From: Chrysomallon squamiferum
Taxonomy: Eukaryota; Animalia; Mollusca
Reading direction: 5' to 3'
Assembly (NCBI GenBank): GCA_012295275.1
Contig: CM022672.1
Location: forward strand, 124,001-188,000
DNA: 64,000 nucleotides
The notes beneath the pieces are model-generated. The model made no database searches. It was not told the DNA's origin and worked only from the letters and a program-made list of their open reading frames with translations. Shown here one piece after another: positions 40,010-54,200 of this stretch; within the stretch, counting starts at the first letter, position 1; each line of letters opens with the position of its first letter. The translations under genes were made by a program, and so were the position numbers.

Positions 40010-40755
40010 AGGAGTGTACATAATATGCTCAATGTCATACAGGATAAAGTATTGGGTGGCAGGCAGGAGGGTACATAATATGTTCAGTGTTGTATGGGAT
40101 AAAGTAGTAGGTGGCAGGCAGGAAGGTATATAATGTTCTGTGTTATACATGATGAAGTTGTAGATAGAAGACAGGAAGGTACATAATATGCTCACTTTTG
40201 TACAGGGTACAGTATTAGGTGGTAAGCAGGAGAGCAAATAATATCCTCAGTGTTTTACATGATAAAATTGTAGATAGAAGACAGGAGGGTACATAATGTG
40301 ATCAGTGTTGTACAGGATACAGTATTAGATGGCAGGCAGGAAGTTGTATAATATGTAGAATGCTGTACAGGATAAAGTAGTAAGTGGCAAACAACATTAT
40401 AAATAATATAATCATTGATGTATAGCAGGATGGTACGTAATATATTCAGTGTTGTACAGGATATAGTAGCAGGTGGAAGTTAGGAGGTACATACCATACT
40501 CAGTGTTGTATAAGATAAAGTAGTAGGTGGCAGGCAGGAGGTACCTAACACACTCAATGTACAGGATAACATAGTAGGTGGCAGTTAGGAATGTACAAAC
40601 TATACTCAGTGTTGTACAAGATAAAGTAGTAGGTGGCAATTAGGAGGTACAGTGTTGTACAGGATAAAGTGTTAGGTGGCAGTTAGGATGTACACAACAC
40701 TCAGTGTTGTACAGGATAATGTATTAGGTGACAGGCAGGAGGGTATATAACATAC
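40010..40755. repeat. Degenerate ~55-bp tandem repeat abutting the Z20 acceptor
   Basis: Recurrent gtacataatatgctcagtgttgtacaggataaagtagtaggtggcaggcaggagg-like unit. Confidence 0.8.
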
Positions 40756-40770
40756 TGTTCTTTGTTTCAG

Positions 40771-41011
40771 AATGGATGAGCGCCTGCCTTATGTTTCACT
40801 TGACGATGATGTAAAGGAACAGTTTTCTTGTCGTACTTGTGCTAAAACATTCCGTCAGCGGCGAAACTTGATTCGTCATCACAGGAGTGTTCACCAGGGC
40901 TTGCTTTTCACTGCCTGTCCTCAGTGTGGTCGTGTGTTTAGCAGAGAGGATGCTATGAAAGTTCATTTGAAATCAAACTGCAGTTTCAGAAATCATTCTA
41001 CTGCTAGTTAA
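40771..41011 (+). CDS. Alternative terminal exon Z20 (phase 2): divergent C2H2 + C2HC pair
   Basis: tttgtttcag|A ATG GAT...; CRTC..HHRSVH / CPQC..HLKSNC; a phase-0 reading stops after 2 codons (AAT GGA TGA). Confidence 0.82.
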
Positions 41012-41827
41012 CTATCATATACACAACATCACACAGACATGTAGATGATAAAAACATGAAGCAGTGCCAAAGAACATTTGTTACTTCAGAACAATCTAAC
41101 TAAATAAATAACATGAAGTTCATACAGTCTGTTTATTATTTCTAAGATAAATGATACAAGTTTTAGTCTGAATTCAGATTATAAAATACAACTCATCTGT
41201 TTACTTTTATTAGTATAATTTATATCATATATTTCATAATCCTACCGATCCAAATCATGCAATTTTTGTTACTATTTTACTTTTGTTGTTTTTGTTTGTT
41301 TGTTGTTGTTTTGTTTTTTGTAATATATCCCACCTACTTCATTTTTTGCATTATGTATGTTTCCTACTTCATGTTTATAGTAATCTGTCAACTGTTTTCA
41401 TATTTCTATGTAATCTGTTTCTTTCCGTTTCATGTGTCTGTAACATGTCTGCAAACCACAAACCTGTTTGTAATGAGTGTCTCTATCATGGACACTTTAT
41501 ATTAATAGATGTAAAACAAATAGATAAATTGCACACTTTCAGTAATAAATACAAAGTATATGTATGTAATTGCTTGTGTGGATAATGTCCAATTTTTTTC
41601 ATATTACATTCATCTGTGTGTGTATATGTATCTACAGACATCATCTTTCTACATTTTTTGACTTCATAAATTTACACTGCATGTGTTGTTAGTTTATATT
41701 GTGTGTCTGTATATTACAATGTTCTATAAGTTTTATCTTTGTATGTCTGTACAATGGGTTTCATGAACCTGTGTGCCATGCTGCTTCTGTCATTCATACA
41801 CCGATATATGTTTTGTTTTCATTTTAG

Positions 41828-42128
41828 AAATGTTGTTTTGCTGGAAAATACTGAGAAATGCTATGACTCCATAGAACAACCAAGTGAACGTCTCTGGTCA
41901 TTACAGACTGCAGAGATGACAACACGACAGCATTGCAACCATTCTAAAAGAAAGGACTACAAATTTTCCTGTGATGTTTGTGGGCGAGCATTCGGCCGAC
42001 GTGAACACCTAGAAGATCATCGAAGGATGCACTATGAGCCAGCCTTGCCATGCAGTCGATGTGGTCAGATCTTCCGGTATTCCAGGAACCTGAGAGCTCA
42101 CAAAAAGAAATGTAAACAAGCATTATGA
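41828..42128 (+). CDS. Alternative terminal exon Z21 (phase 2): divergent C2H2 + C2HC pair
   Basis: ttttcattttag|A AAT GTT...; CDVC..HRRMH / CSRC..HKKKC. Confidence 0.8.
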
Positions 42129-43632
42129 AGTTGTGAAACATTTCAGTAAGCAGGAAAGTAGCAGTATAAATGCATATTTGTTTTAACATTCAGTGATCAA
42201 ATACTGTACTTGATTAACTATTAAAGCTAACAGAAATTCATATGAACTTACAAAAACAAGGCAGACAAAAGGAAATATCAAGTGTATTACATTTGTTATT
42301 TTTTTTGTCAAAGAAGATGACACTGGGACAAAAAGATGTGTGTGTGTGTGTGACAGTAAGGTTGTGTAACTAGAGGTTTTGTGGGTTTTCAAATACTCAT
42401 ATGCTGCAGTCCCAAATCATCACTAACCTGTTCATACCTGTGTGCTAGTACAATATTTTCTTTACAGCTATAAAGTGCCAGCATCTGTTATTTAACAACA
42501 AACTTCATCACCGAGAAGAAGAGTATTTTTTAAAGAGACTTTTGGTTAAGTGAAGAAACATAAGATACTCACATCAACATACTACATGATAGTGAATATT
42601 GAGAAGCTTAAAGGTATACAAATGAATCAAAATCATAAAATAATTAACATTACCAATACTTTCTCACCACTTTTATGATATGCCAAATAAATTCACATCT
42701 TTCATAAAAGAAATAAGCCCCTTCTGAAAAGTTGTACATAAATAAATAACTATGTGCACCTAAAATGTCAAAAATAAAGATCTCATAACATCACTGTGTT
42801 ATTTTCTGATATATAGAAATTCAAAGGGTTTTACAGTTGCATGGTATCTCATTGATGTCTGCCATGTTGAAAATTGCCCAACAACATTAACTCCAAGTAA
42901 TTATTCATAGGCTCCATGTTCCTAGCTCTGCAACACTAACTTTAACACCAGCAGCAAGCTGATTAAAAAGACAATAGGTGGCACAAGTTTGAAGAAGCAA
43001 TATCTTGTCAGTCATTGTCTATGACCCATATACAATATATTAAAAATACATAATTAAATAAATAAATATATAGATAAATAAAACGTCAATTACAAAAATT
43101 AACAGTGAGCTAATTCATTAATTTACTGATAATGTCCAGCCTTTTGTCATTAATATCCATTTTACTTAGCAGTTGTTGAAATCTGACCATGTGAAAATAT
43201 AACTTTAAAATGTAGCATGTCTACAGCTCTTTCAAGTATCTTCAAACGACAATTGTAATAGGCATTTTCTGCACCAACTTGTTTACTGAACAACTCAGTT
43301 TAGAAAGGTTTTTTAAAAATTATTATTATTATTATTATTATTATTTTAAACCTACTTGTTTTACCCTTAATAACCTGAGTCTTTTGCATTTAAATCTCTT
43401 CCGGCTCAGTTTTCCTGGTGTTTCTTCAGATGTACATGGTTACGTCTCCCGTTTTATTAACCTCGACTTCAGAGGAAGGTTTCTTCTGGATGATTTGTCA
43501 CACCTCTTCAGTATTTTTTCTCACCCATGCGAAATGGCTTCATCCACACTATCATCTTCTTCCAGGACAGTTTTGCTTGCTTCTTATGGCGATTAGCAAC
43601 ATTTTTAGAAATAAACAAATAAATAAACTATG

Positions 43633-44028
43633 AGTAGCATGGACTAACAGGAACGATAACTCGTAACGGCACAAATTACGTTACGAAAAAAAAAAGACGA
43701 GATATTTCGCCGATTTAATGGGTACAAACAATCCCTAAATGTTCTTTTCTGCTAGGTTCTGAGAGGGGGGACATTGACAACTACAAAAGTTAATACATTA
43801 ATCTTATTCCGCATTATAATTTCAGTTTATTATGCACGCATTTACACAAAAATAATCCAGTTTGAAAAGTTTGATTACGCTGAAAAGGTAGAAAACGCTA
43901 GACATGGTTTGGTAATATGAACAACCATCCTTATCTTTATCAGTGTAAATCATAAAAAGTTCTGAAAAATGGACGCAAAATAATTTAATTTGGAAGTTTA
44001 AAAATTTCCGCAAAGTTCGAAATCTTTT

Positions 44029-44069
<41 letters not shown>

Positions 44070-44582
44070 CTTTGACGTCATATCATCTCGTACACGTTTC
44101 GTACTACATATTTTTTTTTTTTTTTACGTCGCCAGCCGAAAAAAATAAATAAAAATAAAATAATAATAATATATATAACACAATAATAAGATAAAATAAA
44201 ATAAATAATTTTCACAGATACTGGCGCCTGAATATGAAGACGACTATTCTCATTAGGTACCATAATGTGGACACGTTACTCTGCTAAACTCTATAGTAGA
44301 CAGTTTCCATTTTCAGTGCATTAGAAGTCGTATTTACATGTAAAAAGCAAACTGATCACATGCTATTTGAATGATTGCCTCGATACATTCATTATAACGC
44401 TTGAATCAGTTTTACAACAGAAATATATCAAAAACAACTAAAGGTCCATCAACCGGCCTTATACATTTTAAAATTAAAAATTAGTATTTTCAGTCTTTTT
44501 CGTTGAAACAAAAAGCATTCAACTTCTAAAACATGTTGAATTTCCTATTTTGATTTTTAAAAAATCATTGGTCCATGCTATT
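43633..44582. mobile_element. Non-autonomous DNA transposon (MITE-like), copy 1
   Basis: Terminal inverted repeats agtagcatggactaa / ttggtccatgctatt; both ends homologous to 61721-62304 (cgataactcgta..gcacaaattacgt; tttaatgggtacaaac; aaaggtccatca; tttcctatttt). Confidence 0.7.
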
Positions 44583-44780
44583 ATGAGCTATGAACATACT
44601 ATTCGTAATAAAATGATGTATGTGTGTATATGAATACGTGTTTCTATGAATGTGTATAAGTGCGCTTACCTATAAAAATATCAAACCTGTATGTGCGCAC
44701 AGAAATGCCCTCATATTAATAAAAAAATATATATATTTTTTTTTTATGCAGATTTGCTTTCCTATCTGACTGTTTCTGTA

Positions 44781-44814
<34 letters not shown>

Positions 44815-47127
44815 GTGTGTTTGCGCATGTTCGAGTGTTCGTGCTTGTACATAATAATGGTCCTTAAATAAAAACAACTCCACGCCACGCGGTATCAATA
44901 TGATATCTGATGAAGGTGTCCGATTTCGTTTGCTTCCGCTTTGCTCGGAAGTATACAAATATGACGTCAACAATTGCAACAACGTCAGTAGCTGTTTGCT
45001 AGGTAAATGGAAGGTCGTGAATTTGGGAGAACTTGTAAAATAATCTGAATTATGCTGCTTCGATCGGACGCTATCGGTGAGTACATTAAATTTGATTCTT
45101 CTTTTATTTATTTCACAGGTCATTTATCAACTTAGTCTCAAGAGTCAATGATTGGTAATTCAGAAAATGAATCTTATGTTCTTGATCGGAAAAATAAATA
45201 AATACATACATAAATCCAGGAAACGAATTAATATTCATCTTTTTATTAAAAATTATGTAACATATTTTGGAATCTTCATTCCACCTGTATGAATAAATAA
45301 AATTATCTTCCCTTTCTGATTCAGATTCATTACTTGAATAATTGCTATAGCTGCCTTTGCCAGAATTAACTAGTTCCTTATCCAACATCCAAAAAGATAT
45401 TAAGTACTACAAAAAAAAAAAATAAATAAATAAATAAAATGTAACCAAGTTCAGTTGGGATTAAAATATATGTCCGTGTGTCGACATTTATAGAGATCTG
45501 TAATTAATTTTGTATGTATGCATGTGTTTGTTTGTGTACATGTGTACTTTCACACGGTATTTTTTCAAGTACTGCACCTAAGAAGTTACTTCCAAAATAC
45601 TGCCTTTAAGGTAGATCTGAGTGTGTAGTATTTGGCGATGCATTCCACGGTGAGTAAGAAGTCTGTACGTTCATGTTCAGACATATCTATGCCGATTTCC
45701 TTTTCTCACTGAGAAGAGCAAAATTCATTATTCATCTGTGTGTGTTGAGGCTGAGAGTTTGTTTCAGCAGCCATGCGAGGGTGAAATGAATTTGTGATCG
45801 CAAGGTGATGGGTATAACCACTCTCACTTTTAAATATCAGGCCACTTTGAGCTGACCTCTCATCAAGCCATCCCTGAATAATTACCGACTTTAGCATCTG
45901 CAGAAAGAGGTTTCTCTAGATTTGTTTGCAAATATTGCATGCCATCACCATCTAACATCTGACGACATCTTAATATGTCAATAAATAATTCAATTTATTC
46001 AGGGACCATAAGTCTTGATATAGCATTCATTTAGTAAAGATATCAGATCTTTTATTAAAGCTATATTGTGCTTTTTAATTTAGTAAAACAGTAAATATTG
46101 ATCTATAGCATCTTTGTCAGCTTAACAAATATTCAAAAATCCTAAACAGTATACCATATTGCCCTAGGACTAAACACCTGTTTGCTTGCTTACTGATTTC
46201 TTTATTAACATAGTTATTTGATGCGGGTAGATGAATGTTGAAAATTGTGGTTATTTCCCCTTGATTAAAGCTTCTAAGTGAAATACACATGTCTTCATAT
46301 CAAGTTAACGTAATGTCTTTGCAGGAGATTAGCTGATTAATCTGCTATTTAATCTTTATATAAGATACAGGCTTGAAATGAAGTGACAGTCCAAAAATAG
46401 TCATATTTCAGACTGGTATATATATATATATATATATATATATTCTGATAATAAAATATTGCTTATAGTGCCACATGAAAGAAGAAGGGATAAGTGTGTT
46501 TAACTAGGGTGACAATAATCTAGACGCTTTACCAATTGTAAGATGAAGTTGTAGTACTTAGCTCCAACTCAAACAACAACAACTCCATTTCAAAATACTG
46601 TAACGTCTTCTCAGACTACAACATCTGATCTCAAAGTACTACAACTTCGTTTCAACTGGTTCTGAAAGTATTGCAGTTCCATTTGAAAGTCCTACCACTA
46701 TAATCAATGTACAAAAACGTCTTCCCAAATTCCTACAACTTTATCTCAACATAACTCTATCCTTAAGTAATTTTCAATGGACTAATTAAAACCATAATGA
46801 AGTGAAGAAAATTTACAACAGACTGCTAAGTGAAGTAGAAATATCCACTAAACAACTTTCAGATAAGTGCTCTAACCATACGGCTACATACTGACATTTG
46901 CTCTTTAATTAAAGAGGCAGGTATGGCTGTCACGTGACTTTTAGTAGTCGAGCATTTGATGATTACCTTGGCTGTGTTAGGTCTTTTCATGGTTCGTGAC
47001 TAGTGACCTTCGCGTTGTTGTTGTGCGCTTCCAGGCTAAGCTGAATTATAATAACTACAGTACAGGTCGCAAAATGTTTGATAAGATCTTTACAAATAGA
47101 AGGGATTAATTGAGTGGATATTTCACT

Positions 47128-47128
<1 letters not shown>

Positions 47129-47222
<94 letters not shown>
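47129..47222. repeat. (GT)n microsatellite
   Basis: Pure GT run of about 46 units. Confidence 0.98.
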
Positions 47223-47223
<1 letters not shown>

Positions 47224-48634
47224 TAATAGTTTTGGCTGTAATTAGCTCTTAAATCACTGTTACATATGTTTATCTGTGTGTGTGGGATTGTTTACCACGC
47301 CACTGACAATATGAAGATAAAACTAAGCTGATGTCCTGAATAGCCCTTTGTACTTCTGTAACACTGGCAAGTGTGGCTGTCCTACCTTTTTATATTTATT
47401 TTTAAATCCGATAGCTGGATATATTGTGCCAAACAGTACAGGCATAATACACACAGGTGACGAGATGTATTAAAATGTTTTCTAAAGCGGCAGTTTTCTC
47501 TGTTGGAATAGATCGGCTGTTGAGTAAACGTGACAGCATAATCTTAAGTTATTTCACACCGTGTGAAAACTGCTCATATTAATAAAATTAACGTTAATGT
47601 TAATAAAACTGTTCTTTTTAATTATTTGCCTGATTGTCCCAATAAATGTTTTATCTGTGATTTTCCTTAGACATGTACACTAAACAAACATTAGTTTTAG
47701 ACAAACATCTCGTTTTGACATAGACGTCACATTGACAGCTTTTTTTAGACATCCACAACAGACATATATATTTCACAAACATCTACTTAAGATACCGTGA
47801 CTAAACAACATGCTGATGTTAAATAAACTGTTTTTGGGACAGAATTTACAACATATCGCTATGAGAGAAGAATAAAACATACACTATTTGCTTTTTTAAT
47901 GTTTTCTTCAAATTAAGATAACTGATCTCCATTCCTCACGACAAAACTTTACAATTACTAGTAGTATTTTACAATCAACACTTCTACTAATATGATTAAT
48001 ATTAAATAAATAAAAATGAAAAAGCATTATCAACAGCAGTAATTATAATAAAGCATGTAATGTTGATTTTGCTGTAGCAGAAAGTCGGTCACTCGAACTG
48101 TTGTACGAAATATTAGGTCTTTCTGAAGCGAGTTGGCGAAGAGATATTTTGATTTTAATGTGCGCACATAAAAAAAAAACCCCAGAGATATTTCTCCTCA
48201 AGTCTGGAAAAGATTCAGTCATCTTGTTTTGTAACCAACAGCTACAGCTTAAACAACTGATATAAAGCTGGCATATGATGATTATAACAAATATAAGCTA
48301 TTGGTATACTGATATACACTTCATATAACGCTGATATAAACTATTGATATAATGCTAATACAAACGCTGACATAACACTAAATTACACTTTTGATATAAT
48401 TTTTCAAGTTTATATCATTGTTATATCAAATATAATACTAATATACACTATTGATATAAAATTGATATAAACTACTGATAAAATGCTGATGCATCAATAA
48501 ATAATCAATGCTCTGCTATACTATTAAAGTTGTCATCAACTCAGAACGCCCCAGATTAAGTATTAGTGTATTCATCTTCAGAGAATGCCCCATCAAAGTT
48601 GTCACAATGAACCAGACTAATCACTTTTTTTTTT

Positions 48635-49068
48635 TTTTTTTCTACTCAGGACGCCCTAGTCTGAACAAATGGTTTTTTTCTACTCAGGACGCCCTAGTCT
48701 GAACAAATGGTTTTTTTCTACTCAGGACGCCCTAGTCCGAACAAATGGTTTTTTTCTACTCAGGACGCCCTAGTCTGAACAAGTGTTTTTTTCTACTCAG
48801 GACGCCCTAGTCTGAACAAGTGTTTTTTTCTACTCAGGACGCCCTAGTCTGAACAAGTGTTTTTTTCTACTCAGGACGCCCTAGTCCGAACAAATGGTTT
48901 TTTTCTACTCAGGACGCCCTAATCTGAACAAGTGTTTTTTTCTACTCAGGACGCCCTAGTCTGAACAAGTGTTTTTTCTACTCAGGACGCCCTAGTCTGA
49001 ACAAGTGTTTTTTTCTACTAAGGACGCCCTAGTCTGAACAAGTGTTTTTTTCTACTCAGGACGCCCCA
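48635..49068. repeat. Homogeneous 37-38 bp minisatellite, about 12 copies
   Basis: Head-to-tail unit ttttttctactcaggacgccctagtctgaacaa[gt/atg]gt with no spacers. Confidence 0.95.
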
Positions 49069-49403
49069 GATTCGATAAAAGAACATTTGTGGTGTGCCTA
49101 CGGTCTTCTTCCAAACTAAATATTCCAGACTGTGTTTGAAAAGTGTAATTTTAATACAAAATAATACACAGAAGTCCAAATACCTGAGTAGGCCACACCT
49201 ACCGACAGCGATCTATTGATAGAACGTATCTGCGTGGAACCGGTCTGAGCGTCCTGTCTCATATAAAAACACTGTACCCGGCTGTTACACCCTGTATACA
49301 TTTTCCCTTCTAACGGTCAAAGTGTTATACTCTTCTAACAGAAAACACTACCCTGACGACATAACCGCACACATCGTGTGGTCAGGGCAGATTAAGACGA
49401 GGG

Positions 49404-51220
49404 ATGGAGGTAGATCTAGCTATCACACTTTTGTTGTTTTCATTTTATGTGAGGCTTTCTCAACAGCAAAGTAAGTATTCAAGTACATTAATTTTTATCT
49501 GCAGTTGTAATGTTGTTTTATTATCAATATCTAGACAGACGGTATTGTACCTATTATGTACATTAGGTTTTATCTGCAATTTTTCCTATTTTTTTTATTA
49601 TCAGTATCAATATCTAGACAGTAACGTCCCTATTCACGTATGTCAGTTTTTATCTACATTTGTATGTTTTTTATTATCAGTGTCTAGTCAGACAACAAAC
49701 AGATTATTCAAGTACATTAGATCTTTTCTGCAATTAATACATTTATCCATATCTCCAAAATAGAAACACATATTTTCTACAATACTTTTATCAATAAGTG
49801 TAAATATTATTAAATTAATGTTATATTTAATAATGTATATATTACTTATTAATAACTGTAAATCTTATTAGTAGTATATTATACAATAAAGTTTTTACAA
49901 TAACGTTCTGTGTGGAATGTGGTGTGTGGGCGATCTGAGAAGGTGAAAAGGAATGTATTGTGTTTCGTCAGATTGGACATACATGAGCTGGAGAACAGGT
50001 AGAAAGAGGAAAAACATATTTCAAAAAGATGAATTATTTCTAGTCGACTTTACACAACTGTTTCTCAGAAAAGTGCAAAGAGATGTCGTGTATGATTATT
50101 CGGTGTCATCTGTACACACTCAGATACACAAACATAAACAAGTACAAACGTACAAAGTGATAGTCTTCTTAACTATCTCGATTTTTCTTCACTAACTTAA
50201 AAAAAATTCTGCTTCTTCTTCTTCTTCTTCTTCTTCTTATTATTATTATTATTATTATTGTTCTTGTTGTTGTATTCATAACGTTCTCGATTTTTTTTAC
50301 TAACTCAAACTATTATAATAATTATTGTTGTTGTTGTTGTTATTGCTTGTGTTGTTGCTAGTGCTGCTGCTATTGTTAAAGAGACATTTAAATAAGTATG
50401 GTTTATTACTATTAAAAAAGAAACTAAACGATATTATATACATACTAGAAACTGCTTCAGGCGGTACAAACAGGTAAAGAGATTAAGTATTCCACTGAAA
50501 GCGTTCAGTTTCCTTCACCTATTTATTATTTGCAGTGATTTGTGTGTGCAGTGTATATTCATGATTCAGGCGTTTAGATTTTGTATGTTTATGTACTATA
50601 TTTTTATTAAAAGAACTTTCTTGGTTTTAGCCACAATCAGTCAGTTTGTTTTATGGAGTATTGATAATATTACTTTTTCACTTCAGAACTGTATGAGTTT
50701 TGTTGCATGGCATAATTTAACTGTTACATACAGATTTTCGCTAGTATTTATATGAACAAAATTTTTGGTTGTGAAGATAATTATTGCATACAAAATTACG
50801 TTTTTAATTATACTGATTTATAGACACTTCGTCTTTCAAATTTGTTTATATTAGATGAACACACAGTAAACATATTTTACACGTGTAAATATATTCATAG
50901 AAAGGTATCACTTTCAGACTTTCTATTTTTTACAGGAATTGTAAATATAATACGACACGCTATAAATCTAACACAGCTAATACACAAATATAACAAACTA
51001 TATTCAAGTATAACAGAATAAATCAACATAGTACCAGTTTTATATACAAGCCCAAAACAATCCACTATAAATATGATTTTATTTTCTATTATAAAGCTAA
51101 AACAACAACAACAACAACAAAAATAATACCAAATATATAAACGTACATACATACATACATAGACACATACACATATATATATTTATAAATATATAATATA
51201 TATATGCATGTATGTATGTA

Positions 51221-51251
<31 letters not shown>

Positions 51252-54200
51252 ATGTATGTATGTATGTATGTATATATATACAAATTAAATTAAAAAGAAA
51301 GAACAAATTAATAAAACATAAAATAATAATCTAATAAAATCTAACATAACTGAAACTAAACAGTACAACATAATATAAATATATATAATACAAACTAAAC
51401 ACAATAGAACACTATATATATATAAATATAACACAAACTAAACACAATACAACACCATATAGATATAAATATAACACAAACTAAACACAACACAATATAG
51501 ATATAAATATAACACAATACAGCACAGTAAACATATACATATATAAAATAAACTAAGATCCGTAGGGCTGAGGTTGTTAAGAAAGAGATGCAGAATCTGA
51601 ACTGTGTTTTCACCATCGTTTTGATCTTCATCTGTCTGAAGACTGTATTTTAAACAATCTCAGGATGCTTTTTTCCATAGGGGTACACACGTCTGAAATG
51701 TATAGATATTTGATATGATATAATAAAATGTTTACATTTGCATTTTTGCTTTGCTAAATGATCGTTTCTGATTCTATACTCGTACATAAACAGAAAACTA
51801 CAAATTAAGGGAACGCCATCCCTCTGAGTACTCTGTTTCCATAACTGATTAAAATACAAACTAAAATATTTTACCTAGTACGACTGTAGTCGCCATTCTC
51901 AGATATTCAGCGACTGAGCATGACGACCCGATTCAACAGATCCTAGTTTAACCGAATAACAATTCGTAAGTTACTTTCCCAGCCAGACATTTGTTTTCTC
52001 ACTACATACATAACGCCATAATTTATACAATTTTTTTACTCGAAATATAGCTGCTATAACTTGTCCTCTAAAAACTGCGTCACAAAACGAAATTTATGTA
52101 ACATCTAGTGACCTAGTTGTTCATTGTTATAGTTGAGTTGTTATACACAAATAAAAATAAACGTAGTTTTTGTTTGTTTGTTTATGTAAAGGGTGCGGTT
52201 TTGTGCTAGAATGGAATATGAAACTGTTTGAAGAGAAGATAATACGTTCTTGTATGGTGCGCAGAAGTTACTGTGAGCTCACACAAACTGGTGCGAGTTG
52301 CAGAAACATTCTCCACGTAATTTACTGCAAAGATTTAAATTCAAATGAAAATATCCACAGACACAACGAGAATAAATCAAACGTATAATGATATGATGAT
52401 GATTATATTGTTGACGATGATGATGATTATATTGTTGACGATGATGATGATGATGATGTAAAATGATGCTATAAAGAGGAAATCCGCTAGCTTCTTTAAC
52501 TGCCTTGTTTTGCTTTCTTGATAAACCTGCTTACAGAACAAAACACAAAGCGAATCTAGACAAACTGATATATGTACATATACATACATATACACATACA
52601 CATACATACATATAAATACATACACATACACAGACACAAACACATCCATAAACAGACATACGCGTACACAAACACACTCAAATACCTACACATACCAACA
52701 AAAATACATACATACATACCAAAACATACGAACAGAGCACACACGCATCATACACATATCGACACGTATATACACATACAGTATGTATTGTTTTCATTCT
52801 TTTAGCATGTCTCGATCCTTTTGGTATGCAGAATGGAGAAATCAAAGCAGAGCAGCTGAAATCATCCTCTGTGAAAAACGGCCTTAGTGTGGATTATGCG
52901 AGACTGAACTGTTGTACAGGTGAGTAGCTTGGTCACTATTAGTGAGTAACTTGCTACATGTATGAACATCAGAGCTTTATTAACCTGATATAAATGGTAG
53001 AATATTTTGCATTTTAAGCATTGAAAAAGAGCTAAGAAGAGAAATACATCGCTGATATAAACTGATCTTATTCGTATATTTTGGTAATGACCATGAACCA
53101 GTATACACGCTATCGTTTAAATTAAAGTAAAATAGATTTAGTTTTAGCTGACTGTACCACAACAGAACCGTCAGCTGAGCGCTTGTTTCATAGCTGATCA
53201 CAGGTTCTTCACTCACTATTTACTCAGTTGTTTATTTCTAAATTTTACAAGTTGTAAATATGTTATTTTGTGATGAACATGTAGTCACCCTATTTGTCGT
53301 TATGTCAGATTCTCTCACAGGATTTAAACGCATAGTCAATGTCGATAATAGTCTAATTTACATTTCACTAGAAGCTAACAGCTTGTGTATTGAAAGCGAC
53401 AATAATTTGTATTCAGCTGTGTTTTTCGCAATGCATTTCATATATAAAAAAAATAATAATAAAAAGAAAAAAGAAAAAAATCAATATACCGTTTACTTAA
53501 CACTAAGTTTTTTTTTTGTTTGTTTTTTTGTTTATTATTCATGTAACTGAGTTTATTTCACCTATGTTTTTCGTTTCATTTTGATTCCGCTTTGTTTCCC
53601 ACAACACTTTAATATTTTAATAATTTGACACTATCACAAAGAGGGCGTGGCAAATATTGTGTTTCATTATAGACAGTATGTGGTGTAGGACGTACAGGAT
53701 ACAACAGTATTCTTTACATATTCACTGATGACGTTTTCAAATAATAATCACTAGGCGTAGTCCTTACTAGTATTCAAATACAAAAAATATTTTCATAATC
53801 ACTGTATTTTTTATCAGTATAACAACTCTATTTCGATGAGAATGTAAAGGCTCGATGTATTTCAAACTCACATAAAAGTTATTATTCACGTTTCAAACAC
53901 TTATAGAAAAGTAGCGTTTTTTTAATTTGCTTCATTTTTCTTACATTTTTAGAGAGATAAAGACAGTATCTGACAGACACACCTAGCTTCTTATATAATA
54001 CTGTGACGTAGCTTAATATAATGTTATTGTCCATAATAAAATACACTGAGAAAGAAGTGCTGTATTACTTGTTGTCACACATGAAATAGTTATTATGTTA
54101 ACAAATTAGCAAATTAAGTTTATAAAAACTCTAATCATTACTTGTTTAAATGGCTTCTTGGTGGATGTAGAATGACTGCTGTAACATTTCGAGACTTTCA

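Noticed and set aside
38621-40639. Multiple His/Thr/Cys-rich minus-strand ORFs
   Set aside because: Translations of minisatellite units
15416-42128. Cluster of independent small zinc-finger genes, as the ORF track implies
   Set aside because: Most ORF 'starts' are TTG/GTG within polypyrimidine tracts; all modules share acceptor position and compatible phase, which fits alternative exons much better
48635-49068. 37-38 bp repeats superficially like a CRISPR array
   Set aside because: Units are head-to-tail with no unique spacers, there are no cas genes, and the context is eukaryotic; it is a minisatellite
50895-52805. Several YI/HT/VC-rich short ORFs
   Set aside because: Arise from (TATG)n/(CA)n-like simple repeats in an intron
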